From: Deltaproteobacteria bacterium
GTDB taxonomy: Bacteria; Desulfobacterota_D; UBA1144; Nemesobacterales; CSP1-2
NCBI GenBank assembly: GCA_052390235.1
Contig: JBQTHB010000003.1
Span: 1 to 64,000 of the forward strand
DNA: 64,000 bases
Direction: 5' to 3'
Below the pieces are notes generated by a model. It did not search any database and was not told the origin of the DNA. It saw nothing but the letters and a program-made list of their open reading frames with translations. How positions within the stretch are numbered: position 1 is the stretch's first letter; every line of letters starts with the position of its first letter. This document shows, piece after piece, positions 19,680 through 32,041 of this stretch. The position numbers were made by a program, and so were the translations under genes.

Positions 19680-21212
19680 CTACTCCCACTCAATTGTGCT
19701 TGGGGGCTTCGTAGAGATGTCATAAACGACGCGGTTGATACCCCTCACTTCGTTTATGATGCGCACCGATACCCTCTCCAGAATCTCGTATGGAATTCGC
19801 GCCCAGCCCGCCGTCATACCGTCGAGGCTCGTTACTGCGCGAAGGGCAACGACGTTCTCATAAGTCCTCTCGTCTCCCATGACCCCCACAGTTTTCACGG
19901 GGAGGAAAACGCAGAAAGCCTGCCAGATGTCGCTATGAATTCCGGCTTGTTTTATCTCTTCTATAAAAATGGCGTCGGCGCGGCGCAGTTTCTCCAGTTT
20001 ATCCTCGGCAACTTCGCCCATAATCCTGATGGCAAGCCCGGGCCCGGGGAAGGGATGGCGGTCGAGGATTTCGGACGGCAGCCCAAGCTCCCTCCCCACG
20101 GCTCTGACCTCGTCTTTGAATAGCTCCCTGAGAGGCTCGACGAGCTTCAGATTCATCCTCTCGGGAAGCCCGCCCACGTTGTGATGGGATTTTATCTTGG
20201 CGGATGGACCCTTGACGCTCACGCTCTCGATAACGTCCGTGTAGAGCGTGCCTTGAGCGAGAAATTCCGCTCCTTTGATGCGCGAGGCTTCCTCCTCAAA
20301 TACCCTAATGAATTCCTCGCCGATGATTTTTCTCTTGCGCTCCGGGTCTTCCACGCCGCGGAGTTTGTCTAAGAATCTCGCCCCTGCGTCAACGTGAATG
20401 AGCTTGAGCGCGAGTCTCTTGAAGGTCTCAACGACCTGCCTCGCCTCGCCCTCCCTGAGCAGTCCCGTGTCAACGAATATGCACTGGAGCTTATCCCGCA
20501 CGGCGCGCTGAAGAATCATAGCGGCAACGGCTGAATCCACCCCCCCCGAAAGCCCGCAAAGCACGGTGGACTCTCCGACTCTATCGCGGATGTCCTGTAT
20601 CGCCGTCTCGACAAAAGACTTAGAAGTCCACTTTCCCTCGCATCCGGCAATTTTAAAGATGAAGTTGGCTAATATCTCCCGCCCTGGCTCGGTGTGCGCG
20701 ACCTCCGGGTGAAACTGCACTCCGAATATCCGCCCGTTTGCGTGCTTTATCGCCGCCACCGGGGAGTTCGCGCTCACGGCTATGGACAAAAACCCGTCGG
20801 GCAGTTTTAGAACGCGGTCTCCGTGCGACATCCACACCCGCGCCTTGGGGGAAACGCCTGAGAATAAATCCGATGCGTCCGTGATTTCAATCTCGGCGGG
20901 ACCGAACTCGCGCCTTGCCGAGCGCTCGACTACGCCCCCCAAAAGGCGGGCGGTCAGTTGCATCCCGTAGCAGATTCCAAGCACGGGGACGGATAAGTCG
21001 AATATCTCCACGCTGACCGAAGGAGAGGCTTCATCCCACACGCTCGCAGGGCCGCCGGACAGAATTATCCCCTTCGGGGCAATCTCGCGGATTTGAGGCA
21101 GCGGAGTGTTATAGGGCTTGATTTCGGAGTAAACCCCAAGCTCCCTCACGCGCCTTGCGATGAGCTGAGTGTATTGGGAGCCAAAATCGAGAATTAATAC
21201 TGTTTCGCGCAT
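19680..21212 (-). CDS. guaA: GMP synthase (glutamine-hydrolysing)
   Basis: [42 protein letters not shown]. Confidence 0.98.
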   Translation of the reverse strand: MRETVLILDFGSQYTQLIARRVRELGVYSEIKPYNTPLPQIREIAPKGIILSGGPASVWDEASPSVSVEIFDLSVPVLGICYGMQLTARLLGGVVERSARREFGPAEIEITDASDLFSGVSPKARVWMSHGDRVLKLPDGFLSIAVSANSPVAAIKHANGRIFGVQFHPEVAHTEPGREILANFIFKIAGCEGKWTSKSFVETAIQDIRDRVGESTVLCGLSGGVDSAVAAMILQRAVRDKLQCIFVDTGLLREGEARQVVETFKRLALKLIHVDAGARFLDKLRGVEDPERKRKIIGEEFIRVFEEEASRIKGAEFLAQGTLYTDVIESVSVKGPSAKIKSHHNVGGLPERMNLKLVEPLRELFKDEVRAVGRELGLPSEILDRHPFPGPGLAIRIMGEVAEDKLEKLRRADAIFIEEIKQAGIHSDIWQAFCVFLPVKTVGVMGDERTYENVVALRAVTSLDGMTAGWARIPYEILERVSVRIINEVRGINRVVYDISTKPPSTIEWE

Positions 21213-21262
21213 ATTATCTGCCGTTGAGATGGTTTTGTGGGCGCAAATCTGGGGAAAGTGGA

Positions 21263-23117
<1,855 letters not shown>

Positions 23118-23372
23118 CTTCGCCCGCCTGTGCTGAAACGCTGTGTTTTAATCAACGGACATGAGCCGTATAACCGCCGATGTGAAACCCTCAAGTAGCG
23201 GCCGCTCCTGCCCCCCTTTTTTGCCGCCCGCCGAGGCTCAGTATTTTACTTTACGCGATAAAAATAGCAAGCGCTCCCCGATGAGATTATAGCCGCGAGA
23301 TGGGGGATAAATCATGCAGGACTCGGAGCATAGCGAGGGATTGATTGCGCCGAGAATCCAAAGGGTGGATTA

Positions 23373-24554
23373 TCACTCCCCTCCGGCTTTTTCAAAATCC
23401 ACGACTGACACTTGGTACTCTATGCCGGGTAGCTCGGCTTTGCTGGGGTATAGGGCGATAAACGGGACGTATTCTCCGCGCTCTACGCCGTAATTGAGTC
23501 CGGCGAGTTTTTTGGGATTATAAAAATCTATGTCGCCGCTGATTCTATAGAGTTTGAGCATCATCACTCTGGGCGAGAGGGTTTTAAGCTCGCGCTCGCT
23601 CAGGGTATTTCCGGCATAGACCGTGGTGTCCTCGAGCAGTTTGCCTTGGCTAAGGAAAGTGGCCTTTAATTTTATATAATTCACCGTCCCTCCCGATTTA
23701 TTTACCACTCGCCCGGAGACCAAATAGACAAGCCCGTCTTTTGTTCTCACCCACCTTCCGACCGAATCGGAAACCGGTATGGAAGCGGCGGGGTCGGGCG
23801 CGGAGCTGAGCGGGAGCTTCGATAGGAATTTCTTAACCACGTTTGATTTATCGGGAACAAGCCCCAGATTTACCGAAATCACCCAAGCGGCGGCGCTTAT
23901 GACAAGGGCGATAAGGACAAAAAAGATTAGAGATGCCAATTTGTTGCCTGAAGATTTCGCTTTATTTAGCTCTATTCTTCGGGCTATGGGCATGGATGAA
24001 GGCGGGGGGGCTGAGTTCTCCCTCTTTATCGCTGAGAGCCTTTCAATATCCACGGAAAGCCGGCTCGGCTCGGTCTTTACGGGCGTCTCGGAGGGAATCT
24101 CCTTTTGCGGCTTCGGCGGCTCTTCTTTAGGAGTAGGCGGTTCAAACAGCTTTTGAGCATCGGATTGAGAGGCATGAGGGGACTGAGCGCCTATGTCGAG
24201 GGCTATACTGTCCCAGTTGAAGCCAGAAGGGGGTTGATTTTTGATCTGTTCGGATTTATCAGCCGACTCAGGCGCGGCTCTGCGTCCTGCTCGCTCTAAA
24301 TCAAATGGCTTCCAATCCACGCCGGCGGCGGATTCCTTTTCAATGTCCGAGAACAGCTCGGCGGGGTTGCCGGTCGGGGCTTGCCGGGAGGGCGCACTAG
24401 ACGATGCTGAGGGCTCATCTTCAGCGGCGGCGTCCTCTCTTTCGACGAAAAAAACATTGCCGCACTTAGAGCATCTGACCCTGCTTCCCGATGATTTTAT
24501 AAGGGAGTCGTCAATTCTAAACTTCTTCCGACACCGCTCGCATTCAATTATCAT
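23373..24554 (-). CDS. MJ0042-type zinc-ribbon protein with TM helix and DUF3426-like periplasmic domain
   Basis: MIIECERC...VRCSKCGNVF; Pro-rich linker; single TM helix. Confidence 0.8.
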   Translation of the reverse strand: MIIECERCRKKFRIDDSLIKSSGSRVRCSKCGNVFFVEREDAAAEDEPSASSSAPSRQAPTGNPAELFSDIEKESAAGVDWKPFDLERAGRRAAPESADKSEQIKNQPPSGFNWDSIALDIGAQSPHASQSDAQKLFEPPTPKEEPPKPQKEIPSETPVKTEPSRLSVDIERLSAIKRENSAPPPSSMPIARRIELNKAKSSGNKLASLIFFVLIALVISAAAWVISVNLGLVPDKSNVVKKFLSKLPLSSAPDPAASIPVSDSVGRWVRTKDGLVYLVSGRVVNKSGGTVNYIKLKATFLSQGKLLEDTTVYAGNTLSERELKTLSPRVMMLKLYRISGDIDFYNPKKLAGLNYGVERGEYVPFIALYPSKAELPGIEYQVSVVDFEKAGGE

Positions 24555-24864
24555 AAATTCAGCCCACAAAGTATGAAAAAATAGTAAGCGCTCGGATTAA
24601 AATTAATTGCAATCCGCCGCAGAGTCAACAGGGGCGAATCCGGCGCTTCGGATAACGCATCTAATCTTAGCCTATCAGATGGAATTTGATTCGCCGCATC
24701 CTCGCCGGAATCCGCAATATCAGAGGAGAGAGGGTCATAGCAACCGGTTGAATAATACCCGCTCAGCGCGTCTCAAAGGGTGGAGGGCGTATTGCCGATT
24801 GCAAAAAAATATGAGCTTATGTAGAATTACAATTACCAAAACCTTATTGAGGGAGAATCAGAGA

Positions 24865-27009
24865 ATGACAGAGCATACCGACCACAATCCCTTTCAAGCC
24901 CTTAGAGAAGAAATGGACAACCTAGTCATTGGACACGAAGAGGTTAAAACGGCCCTTCTTTTGGGAATCATTGCGAGAGAGCATATTTATATCGAGGGGC
25001 CTCCGGGAACGGCAAAAACCATGCTTGCCGAAATTATCTCCAAAGCCGCCCAGCTAAATTTCTTCTTTTACCAGCTTCACAGGGACACGAGACTTTCCGA
25101 AATTGTAGGAGACTTGGTCATAGCCAAGGAACTGATTGACTCGGGCGAGTTAATAAAGCAGAGAATCATGAGGGGCGGAATCCTCACGTCGGAAATCTGC
25201 CTTCTGGATGATATTTCCCGCGCCCCCGGAGAGTCCCTAAACGTTCTGCTTAGAATCCTGAACGAGAGGAAGTTCGGCGAAGAGCGCATACCGCTTCTCA
25301 CGGCAATAGCCACGAGCAACCCCACGGCCGATGAGTACTACAACGAGCCGCTCGACCCGGCAAACCTCGACCGCTTCATACTTCAGATAAGGAGTCAGGG
25401 AATTTCCTACGGCAGGAAATGGGACGAAGCAAAAGAGGTAATAAAACTCTACTCCGAGAGGCCGTTCGACTACACCGTCCCCGTGAGAGTGAGCAAGAAA
25501 ATCTTCGATGAATACTATGAAAAGCTCGGGCAGGTGGAAATCCCGGCCGAGGTGCAGGAGGGACTGGCAAATTTCGTTGTGACCCTCATCGAAGACCATA
25601 ACCTAAACGAGACCAATTCGCTTATTTCGGATAGGACTTTTTTCGTGAAGTCCCTTAAAATCATACGTTCACACGCGCTTCTTAACGGCAGGCACCGCTG
25701 CGCAATGGAAGACCTCAGAGCACTCAAGTATATGACCGCCTTCCGAGTCCCGGAGGAGATATTCCAGAAGCTCGATGAAATCCTAGAAGATCTGGGTAGT
25801 AAAAAAAAAGCCCAGATGGACCCAGGAGATAGGGTAGAACCCCCTATGTCCGAATACCAAGAGGATACGCCCGCTCAAAATCGCAAGGAAAAACCAGGCG
25901 ATAGCGAGCGGGAATCTTCCGATCAGCTCTCGGAGGCGCGTAAGACCTTTTTCCAAGCGCTCAAAGAGCTCAAAGAGAACCTGTCTAAAGAACAGGACGA
26001 CAACTCAGCTTCGTCCCTTGACCAAAAGATAAGCGGCGAGCGCCAGGGCGAATCCGAGGACGGCGGCAGGGATGAGAACGGACCCAAGCAGAAAAAACCG
26101 CAGAAGATGTACGCCAGCAAATCCCAAAAACCGGGCGACGAAGAAGATATGTGGCTCGGCGGAAAAAAGAATTTAAACTCGGCAGACAACGTAAAAATCA
26201 TTATGAAAGTGCTTGAGGGCAACATCCAGCGCAGTATGGCGATGGACGCCCCTCACCCAGGCGGGCAGCCCCGCAGATGGAAAAAGATGATGTACTTCTC
26301 CGAAATGGAGGACGTTGACCCGTTCGAGGGGATGTTTTGGGCTGAGAATACGACCCCTTCCCTTCCGAGAGTCCACAAGAGGGAGAAAGAAGTGCTGGGG
26401 GGAGAAATCGCCATCCTCAGAGACGTCAGCACCTCGATGATGGGCGTCTATAGCGAGTGGTCGTCCTCGGTCGTGCGCGGCGTGATAGAGCTTGCCAAGG
26501 CTAAAAAAATGAGGGTCGGCTACATAGAATTTAATCACCGCTCCTATAAGCACAGACGCGTCGGCAAGTTCTTCACCAGAGACTATAAATGGATGCTTGA
26601 GCTCGCCTCCAGAACCGAATGCTCCGGCAACACCAATTACGAAGACGCGCTCAAGGACGCGCTCTCGGAGTTCAAAGGCAGGGGGTTTCGCAACAAACAC
26701 ATACTCTTTATAACCGACGGCATCCCCACCTCAGGCGACTGCGAGGTGGGCGAAGAGAGGCAGAGGGCGAAAAAGCTCGGCGTGTGCGTCCACTCCATTT
26801 TCATCGGCTCGAAGAATTATCCGAAAATCCTACAGAAAATCTCGGAAGAGACCACAGGCACGCAGTTTGTCGCCTCACGCGGGAGAGACGGCTACATTAG
26901 AATCGAGAAGAAGGATAAAAAAGCGCTGACGACGGCGGCGACAGAGAAGAGGTTTGACCCGTTTATGCACATATTCACGCCCCAGTCTTATACGCAGCCC
27001 CCTCAATAA
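24865..27009 (+). CDS. MoxR/RavA-type AAA+ ATPase fused to a VWA domain
   Basis: Walker A GPPGTAKT, Walker B LLDD, ATSNP, ANLDRF; charged linker; MIDAS DVSTSM...GNT...FITDG. Confidence 0.85.
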   Translation: MTEHTDHNPFQALREEMDNLVIGHEEVKTALLLGIIAREHIYIEGPPGTAKTMLAEIISKAAQLNFFFYQLHRDTRLSEIVGDLVIAKELIDSGELIKQRIMRGGILTSEICLLDDISRAPGESLNVLLRILNERKFGEERIPLLTAIATSNPTADEYYNEPLDPANLDRFILQIRSQGISYGRKWDEAKEVIKLYSERPFDYTVPVRVSKKIFDEYYEKLGQVEIPAEVQEGLANFVVTLIEDHNLNETNSLISDRTFFVKSLKIIRSHALLNGRHRCAMEDLRALKYMTAFRVPEEIFQKLDEILEDLGSKKKAQMDPGDRVEPPMSEYQEDTPAQNRKEKPGDSERESSDQLSEARKTFFQALKELKENLSKEQDDNSASSLDQKISGERQGESEDGGRDENGPKQKKPQKMYASKSQKPGDEEDMWLGGKKNLNSADNVKIIMKVLEGNIQRSMAMDAPHPGGQPRRWKKMMYFSEMEDVDPFEGMFWAENTTPSLPRVHKREKEVLGGEIAILRDVSTSMMGVYSEWSSSVVRGVIELAKAKKMRVGYIEFNHRSYKHRRVGKFFTRDYKWMLELASRTECSGNTNYEDALKDALSEFKGRGFRNKHILFITDGIPTSGDCEVGEERQRAKKLGVCVHSIFIGSKNYPKILQKISEETTGTQFVASRGRDGYIRIEKKDKKALTTAATEKRFDPFMHIFTPQSYTQPPQ

Positions 27010-27992
27010 GGGGATTTTCTCTGATATAGGTTGACGGCTCTCTGATGCTCTTCGTAGGTTGAGGAGAACTGGTGCGTGCCGTCCCCCTTGGAGACAAAGT
27101 ATAGATAATCAGAGCGGGCGGGATTGAGAGCGGCTCTGAGGGATTCTCGACCCGGATTGGCGATTGGCCCTGGGGGGAGACCTGTGTTTCTGTACGTGTT
27201 GTATCGGTTGCCGGAGTCCTGCAGGTCTATTTTCCTGAGATTGCCGTCAAAGGTGCTTCCGAGTCCGTAAATGACTGTGGGGTCGCTGTCGAGCCTCATG
27301 CCCCGTTTCAAGCGGTTGTGAAATACGGATGATATTAGCTCCCTCTCGGAGGATGCGCCGGTTTCCTTCTCGATGATGGAGGCTAGGATTACCGCCTCTC
27401 TCGCGCCTAAATTAGCCCCTGCGGAGCTGGATTTTACCAACTCGAACTCCCTCCTGAACTGAGCTACCATTAATCGTATCAGCCTCTCTGGGGTTATCCC
27501 CTTCGGATAGGAATAGGTGTCGGGATAGAGATAGCCCTCGAAACTGCCGCCGGGCGCGCCGAGGAGTTCTGCCCGAAGTTTTCCGTCCGATAATTTAGCT
27601 ATGAAATCCCTGGCTGAGACGACGCCTTTTTCATCGAGCAGGGCGGCAGTTTGCGCTACGGTGAGCCCTTCGGGGATGGTAAATTTGCGCAGAGCCACAT
27701 CGCCCTTGACGAGTTTGAGGGCTATATCGGCTACTGAACTTTCATTGGCGAATTCATACTCGCCGGCTTTAATTTTCTTCTGAAGCCCGTTTATTATGAC
27801 GTAGGAAACAAATAAATCGGCGCTCTGAGTTATACCTGCCCTCTCAAGCCTCTGGGCTATATCTCTCAGACCCGCGCCCCTTGGAATTTCAACTAGAACC
27901 TCTCCGTGATAGAACGGGGAGAAATAGGCGGAGTATAAAAACGCTAGGGCAAGGGCAGTGGCAACCGTCGCTGCGATAATAATTCTGCGCAT
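27003..27992 (-). CDS. mltG: Endolytic transglycosylase MltG
   Basis: FEGYLYPDTY, LASIIEKET, SVFHNRL, YNTYRNTGLPPGPIANPG. Confidence 0.95.
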   Translation of the reverse strand: MRRIIIAATVATALALAFLYSAYFSPFYHGEVLVEIPRGAGLRDIAQRLERAGITQSADLFVSYVIINGLQKKIKAGEYEFANESSVADIALKLVKGDVALRKFTIPEGLTVAQTAALLDEKGVVSARDFIAKLSDGKLRAELLGAPGGSFEGYLYPDTYSYPKGITPERLIRLMVAQFRREFELVKSSSAGANLGAREAVILASIIEKETGASSERELISSVFHNRLKRGMRLDSDPTVIYGLGSTFDGNLRKIDLQDSGNRYNTYRNTGLPPGPIANPGRESLRAALNPARSDYLYFVSKGDGTHQFSSTYEEHQRAVNLYQRKSPY

Positions 27993-28111
27993 CGTATCAA
28001 AGCCCTATTTTACTCAATTGAACCGGGGAAATAAAGAAGGGATTTCATCATGAGGGATTAGGGCGGGAATATCGAAACTGGCGCGAATTATCCGCCGATG
28101 CCCATAGCCTG

Positions 28112-29263
28112 CTAGACTTTTGCCTTGGACATAACCACAAGGTCGCTTCTATGGATTATCTCGTCGCTGTACTTATACCCCAAAATGGCTTCAATATCCG
28201 AGGTCTTCGCGCCGATAATCTCCCGAATCTCATCCGAGCCGTAGGAGGCAAGCCCCCTTGCGACCTCATCCCCGGCTTCATCAACGCACCTCACCGGGTC
28301 GCCCACATCAAAATCGCCGCTCACCGCCTTCACGCCGGAGGGCAGAAGGCTTCTGCCCAGAGCCGATACTGCTCGTTTTGCCCCCTCGTCAATTACGAGT
28401 TCCCCCAAGGGTTTCAGGGCATAGGCTATCCAGTGCTTCCTAGCGTTAAGGCTCTGCGCTGGCGGAAGGAACAGCGTGCCGATATCTGAACCTGAGAAAA
28501 TCTCCGTGAGCGCCGAGGGGGTTTTTCCATTTGCGATGATTGTCGGCACCCCGAAAGCGGATGCGTTTTTAGCCGCCTCGATTTTTGTCCTCATCCCTCC
28601 GGTCGTGGTTCTGCCGAGGGTGTCTCCGGCAAGGCTCTCGACTCCTGAGTCTATTTTTTCAATTACGGACAGGAGCTTGGCGTCTGTGCTTGCGCGCGGG
28701 TCTTTGCTGAATACGCCGTCAATGTCGCTTAGGAGAATGAGCAGATCCGCCTCGACGATGTTTGTGAGGAGGGCGGCTAGGTTATCGTTATCGCCGAATT
28801 TTATCTCCTCGACGGCGACCGTGTCGTTTTCGTTAACAATTGGGATGACGCCCATTTTAATCAGCGTAAAGAGGGTTTTTCTCGCGTTGAGGAATCTCTT
28901 GCGCGCTGAGACGCCGTCGTGAGTGAGCAGGATTTGAGCAACTTTCTCGCCGAATGCCGAAAACGCCTTCTCGTAGCTCCACATAAGAGTGCTTTGACCG
29001 CAGGCGGCGATGGCCTGCTTCATCACAATTTCTTTGGGCTTTACCCCGATGGCGAGCTTTTTCATTCCTGCGGCGATGGCTCCCGACGAGACGACGACGA
29101 CCTCAAGCCCCTTTGCTCTGAGTTTTGAGACCTCGGAGGCGATTTCCTCGAATGCGGAGTCTAGGATTTCCCCGCGCTCGTTGCTCAGGACGCTGCTGCC
29201 GATTTTAACCACGACTCTCTTTACGCCTCGGATGAGGGATTTCCTGTCTCTATGTTTCGTCAT
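28112..29263 (-). CDS. proB: Glutamate 5-kinase
   Basis: VVKIGSS, VSSGAIAAG, NENDTV, FGDND, TGGMRTK; C-terminal PUA domain. Confidence 0.97.
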   Translation of the reverse strand: MTKHRDRKSLIRGVKRVVVKIGSSVLSNERGEILDSAFEEIASEVSKLRAKGLEVVVVSSGAIAAGMKKLAIGVKPKEIVMKQAIAACGQSTLMWSYEKAFSAFGEKVAQILLTHDGVSARKRFLNARKTLFTLIKMGVIPIVNENDTVAVEEIKFGDNDNLAALLTNIVEADLLILLSDIDGVFSKDPRASTDAKLLSVIEKIDSGVESLAGDTLGRTTTGGMRTKIEAAKNASAFGVPTIIANGKTPSALTEIFSGSDIGTLFLPPAQSLNARKHWIAYALKPLGELVIDEGAKRAVSALGRSLLPSGVKAVSGDFDVGDPVRCVDEAGDEVARGLASYGSDEIREIIGAKTSDIEAILGYKYSDEIIHRSDLVVMSKAKV

Positions 29264-29322
29264 CTGATTTAAACTGGAGGGTAATTTTACCTGAAATTAT
29301 TAGGGATATTTGATGAGAGTTC

Positions 29323-29351
29323 TTGACAACGCTCTGCGGGCTTGATATGTT
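29323..29351 (+). promoter_or_regulatory. sigma-70 promoter of tRNA-Gly
   Basis: TTGACA-17 bp-TATGTT. Confidence 0.6.
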
Positions 29352-29366
29352 TTAGGGCGCTGCGGC

Positions 29367-29443
29367 GCGGGAATAGCTCAGCTGGCTAGAGCGTCTCCTT
29401 GCCAAGGAGAAGGTCGCGGGTTCGAATCCCGTTTCCCGCTCCA
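29367..29443 (+). tRNA. tRNA-Gly (GCC)
   Basis: GCGGGAA/TTCCCGC acceptor stem; TCTCC-TTGCCAA-GGAGA anticodon arm; GGTTCGAATCC T arm; encoded CCA. Confidence 0.97.
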
Positions 29444-29540
29444 GCAAACCATCCAAATTATCCTAAAAAACCGTTGAGAGTATCCGGCTTAATCAACGAG
29501 CTATAAGAGCCGTCCGCCGCGGAATCTGCGCAGTTAGCCA

Positions 29541-30020
29541 TTAATCGAGAGGAATGAACCATTTTTGAGGGGTGAGCGCAAGAGCGCCGCCGAAGAATTG
29601 GTCGTCCAAGCCCTTGAGGTCATGAGAGCGCCAAACCGTCGGCGCAAGCGCTATAACGGCTTCGGTCGCCGCCGCGAGAACCACCCCTACGACTTCCATA
29701 CCGTCTTGGGTGAGATAGCGCTGGTGAATCCTGCGGCTAATTCGCTGGGCTTCATCTCCGCGAATTAGCCGAGCCCCTCCCCACGCGCTTATCCACATCT
29801 CCGAGCCCTGTTTGCGGCTCTCGACTATGACGGACGCCTGAGGGCGCGCCGAGAGGTTTTTAAATTTTCTGTCAGCCCCCGTGCTGATAAAAAAATTCCC
29901 GTCCTCAAACATATACCAGACAGGGGTTAGGTGAATCGAGAGGTCTGCGTTGAACGTGGCTAAGGTCGCATAACGCCGCCCGCCTAGAAATTCCACAACT
30001 GATGCCGCTGGATTTGCCAC
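29541..30020 (-). CDS. Pyridoxamine 5'-phosphate oxidase-like (PPOX split-barrel) protein
   Basis: ATLATFNADLSIHLTPVWY...KFKNLSARPQASV. Confidence 0.8.
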   Translation of the reverse strand: MANPAASVVEFLGGRRYATLATFNADLSIHLTPVWYMFEDGNFFISTGADRKFKNLSARPQASVIVESRKQGSEMWISAWGGARLIRGDEAQRISRRIHQRYLTQDGMEVVGVVLAAATEAVIALAPTVWRSHDLKGLDDQFFGGALALTPQKWFIPLD

Positions 30021-30051
30021 TTTTCATCCCTCCCAATCTATCTGAGTTTAA

Positions 30052-30654
30052 TCAGCCCATCGGCGTATAGCCCGGCTGGGCTTTTATCGAGTCCATCCAC
30101 CTCATTACCGAAGCGTGCGGGGCGAGGCTCACCTGCGCCTCTTCGGAGAGGGCGACATAGGGGAAACAGCCTATATCGGCAATAGAATAATCGCCGGCAA
30201 GAAATGCGCCCCCCGCAAGATGATTGTCCAAGATTTGAAGAGCGGCTCCTGCGGCGTCCCTAAGCGCTTTAAGCTCGGTTTCATTTCTGCTATCCGCGGG
30301 GACGAATTTCGTCATAAATCTAGCCCTAGCAAGAGCCGGGTCAAGGGTGGTTTTGCCGAAAAATAGCCACTGCGAAATCAATCCGAATTTTTTTGCATCG
30401 CGCGAGAAAATACGGTTCGGCGAGTATTTGTTCCCCAGATAAAGCAAAATTGCGTTGGACTCCCAAATCACGAGGTCTCCGTCAACGAGAACGGGAATTT
30501 TCTTATTCGGGTTGAGCTTGATAAAACCGGGGCTATTCTGCCCGCCGCCGAAAATATCGAGATTCACCTTCTCATATTCCACCCCAAGATGGGAGAGCGC
30601 GAGCCTCACTTTATAAGAATTACCCGAAAGCGGGTGGTCGTAGAGCGTTATCAT
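30052..30654 (-). CDS. Glutathione S-transferase
   Basis: SGNSYKVR, NPNKKIPVL, WESNAIL, YSIADI. Confidence 0.93.
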   Translation of the reverse strand: MITLYDHPLSGNSYKVRLALSHLGVEYEKVNLDIFGGGQNSPGFIKLNPNKKIPVLVDGDLVIWESNAILLYLGNKYSPNRIFSRDAKKFGLISQWLFFGKTTLDPALARARFMTKFVPADSRNETELKALRDAAGAALQILDNHLAGGAFLAGDYSIADIGCFPYVALSEEAQVSLAPHASVMRWMDSIKAQPGYTPMG

Positions 30655-30659
30655 TGCGC

Positions 30660-31154
30660 CTAGTCCTCTAAGTAAGCCAAGAATTTTTCTGAGAATCTCT
30701 CGCTGCCCAGAAGCCGAAGCGCGAGCCGCCGTTTGGGGACGTGATAGACAATTTTACTGCGCGCGCAGACCCTGCCCCCATCGTCCAGAATTTCAGCCGA
30801 GAGAAACACTTTTTTGCCCCGAACCTCGTCAATTCTGCCTCTGACGAGAATCTCCGAGGACGTCCTTACGGGACTCATCAGTTCCATGTCAATTTTTGCC
30901 GTAAGCCCGATTTTTTTGAGCCTGTCGAACATCGCCCAAAACCCCACTTCATCCATCAGCGCGCACTGAACGCCGCCGTGAACAATGCCGGGGAAACCGG
31001 AGAAATGCTCCTCCGGCTTCATCCTAACAAAAACCTCGCCCCGCTCATCGTCGGCAAAGAACTTCATCCGAAGCCCAAGGCTGTTTCTTGGGTCGCACGC
31101 GAAACAGCCGTAATCCGGGAAATCGGTGAAGACGTTTTCTATCGGGCGAATCAT
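30660..31154 (-). CDS. PaaI-family hotdog thioesterase
   Basis: CFACDPRNSLGL, GIVHGG...LMDE. Confidence 0.88.
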   Translation of the reverse strand: MIRPIENVFTDFPDYGCFACDPRNSLGLRMKFFADDERGEVFVRMKPEEHFSGFPGIVHGGVQCALMDEVGFWAMFDRLKKIGLTAKIDMELMSPVRTSSEILVRGRIDEVRGKKVFLSAEILDDGGRVCARSKIVYHVPKRRLALRLLGSERFSEKFLAYLED

Positions 31155-31202
31155 AGGAGCGGTAAGTGTATCTGAATTTGAATTCCCGGCAAGCCGAAGC
31201 CA

Positions 31203-31625
31203 CTAAGAGCCAAGGAGCTTATTCAATCCCGCTATCGCAAGCCCAAACAGCCCTTCGAGCCTCGCCTTTATGTCCGCCTCTGGAGCTCCGCCTACGACCG
31301 TGAAATTCGCAGCCCACTCGACTTCGCTCTTCCCGCCGCCGAGGTCGTGAATTGTTATCACGGCCAGATACCCCTCGACTGGAAGCCGCGAGCTTACGAT
31401 GGAGTATTTGAGCTCCCTTGCCGAGTCGTCCAGAGACTCAAGCCTCTCGATAATCTGCCCGCCGTCCTTTGTCGTCAGCGTTCTCTGCGCGCCAACTCCT
31501 GAGCCTTTGAGGGTCGAAGAAACTATAGGCGGGATGAAATTCTCAAGCCCAATGAACTCCCTTATTACTTTCCACACCGAAGCGGCGGAGGCGTTGACAG
31601 CCCCCTTTGTGTATGCCTGAGTCAT
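31203..31625 (-). CDS. SRPBCC/START-fold protein
   Basis: VWKVIREF, GVGAQRTL, IIERL, LPVEGY, SEVEW. Confidence 0.88.
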   Translation of the reverse strand: MTQAYTKGAVNASAASVWKVIREFIGLENFIPPIVSSTLKGSGVGAQRTLTTKDGGQIIERLESLDDSARELKYSIVSSRLPVEGYLAVITIHDLGGGKSEVEWAANFTVVGGAPEADIKARLEGLFGLAIAGLNKLLGS

Positions 31626-31717
31626 GGTTATCCTCCAGTTGTTTAAATTTTTAAGGAGCTATTCTGCCACTTCGAGGAGAATTTGGCAAGAAGGCGCATT
31701 GGGCGACATCGGATTGA

Positions 31718-32041
31718 CTAGCCGGCGAGGGCGGAATCTAGCATCTCGGCAATGCGGCTCTTCGGCGCTGCCCCTACGATTTTGCCTACCGCTTCGCCTT
31801 TTTTATAGACTATCAGCGTGGGGATGCTCCTCACCCCATTTGATTGAGTAATCCCCGGATTGTCGTCAACGTTGAGCTTTCCCACCTTCACCCTGCCGCC
31901 GTAGCTTGCGGCAAGCTCCTCAACTATTGGAGAAACCGCCCGGCACGGGCCACACCACTGCGCCCAAAAATCTACAAGTACGGGAATGTCCGACTCGACG
32001 ACCTCTTGATTGAAATTTGCATCGGTAATTTCGACGCTCAT
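31718..32041 (-). CDS. trxA: Thioredoxin
   Basis: VDFWAQWCGPC, SIPTL; GGAGG RBS before ATG 32041. Confidence 0.96.
   Translation of the reverse strand: MSVEITDANFNQEVVESDIPVLVDFWAQWCGPCRAVSPIVEELAASYGGRVKVGKLNVDDNPGITQSNGVRSIPTLIVYKKGEAVGKIVGAAPKSRIAEMLDSALAG

Noticed and set aside
24607..24864. 86-aa N-terminal extension of the AAA-VWA ORF (and similar extensions on carA, gcvT, mfd, cusA, cusB)
   Set aside because: Longest-ORF artefacts; family similarity and RBS or promoter signals point to the downstream ATGs.
29367..32041. tRNA-Gly as a genomic island attachment site
   Set aside because: No integrase and no duplicated tRNA 3' end seen; the downstream genes are ordinary small enzymes with similar composition.
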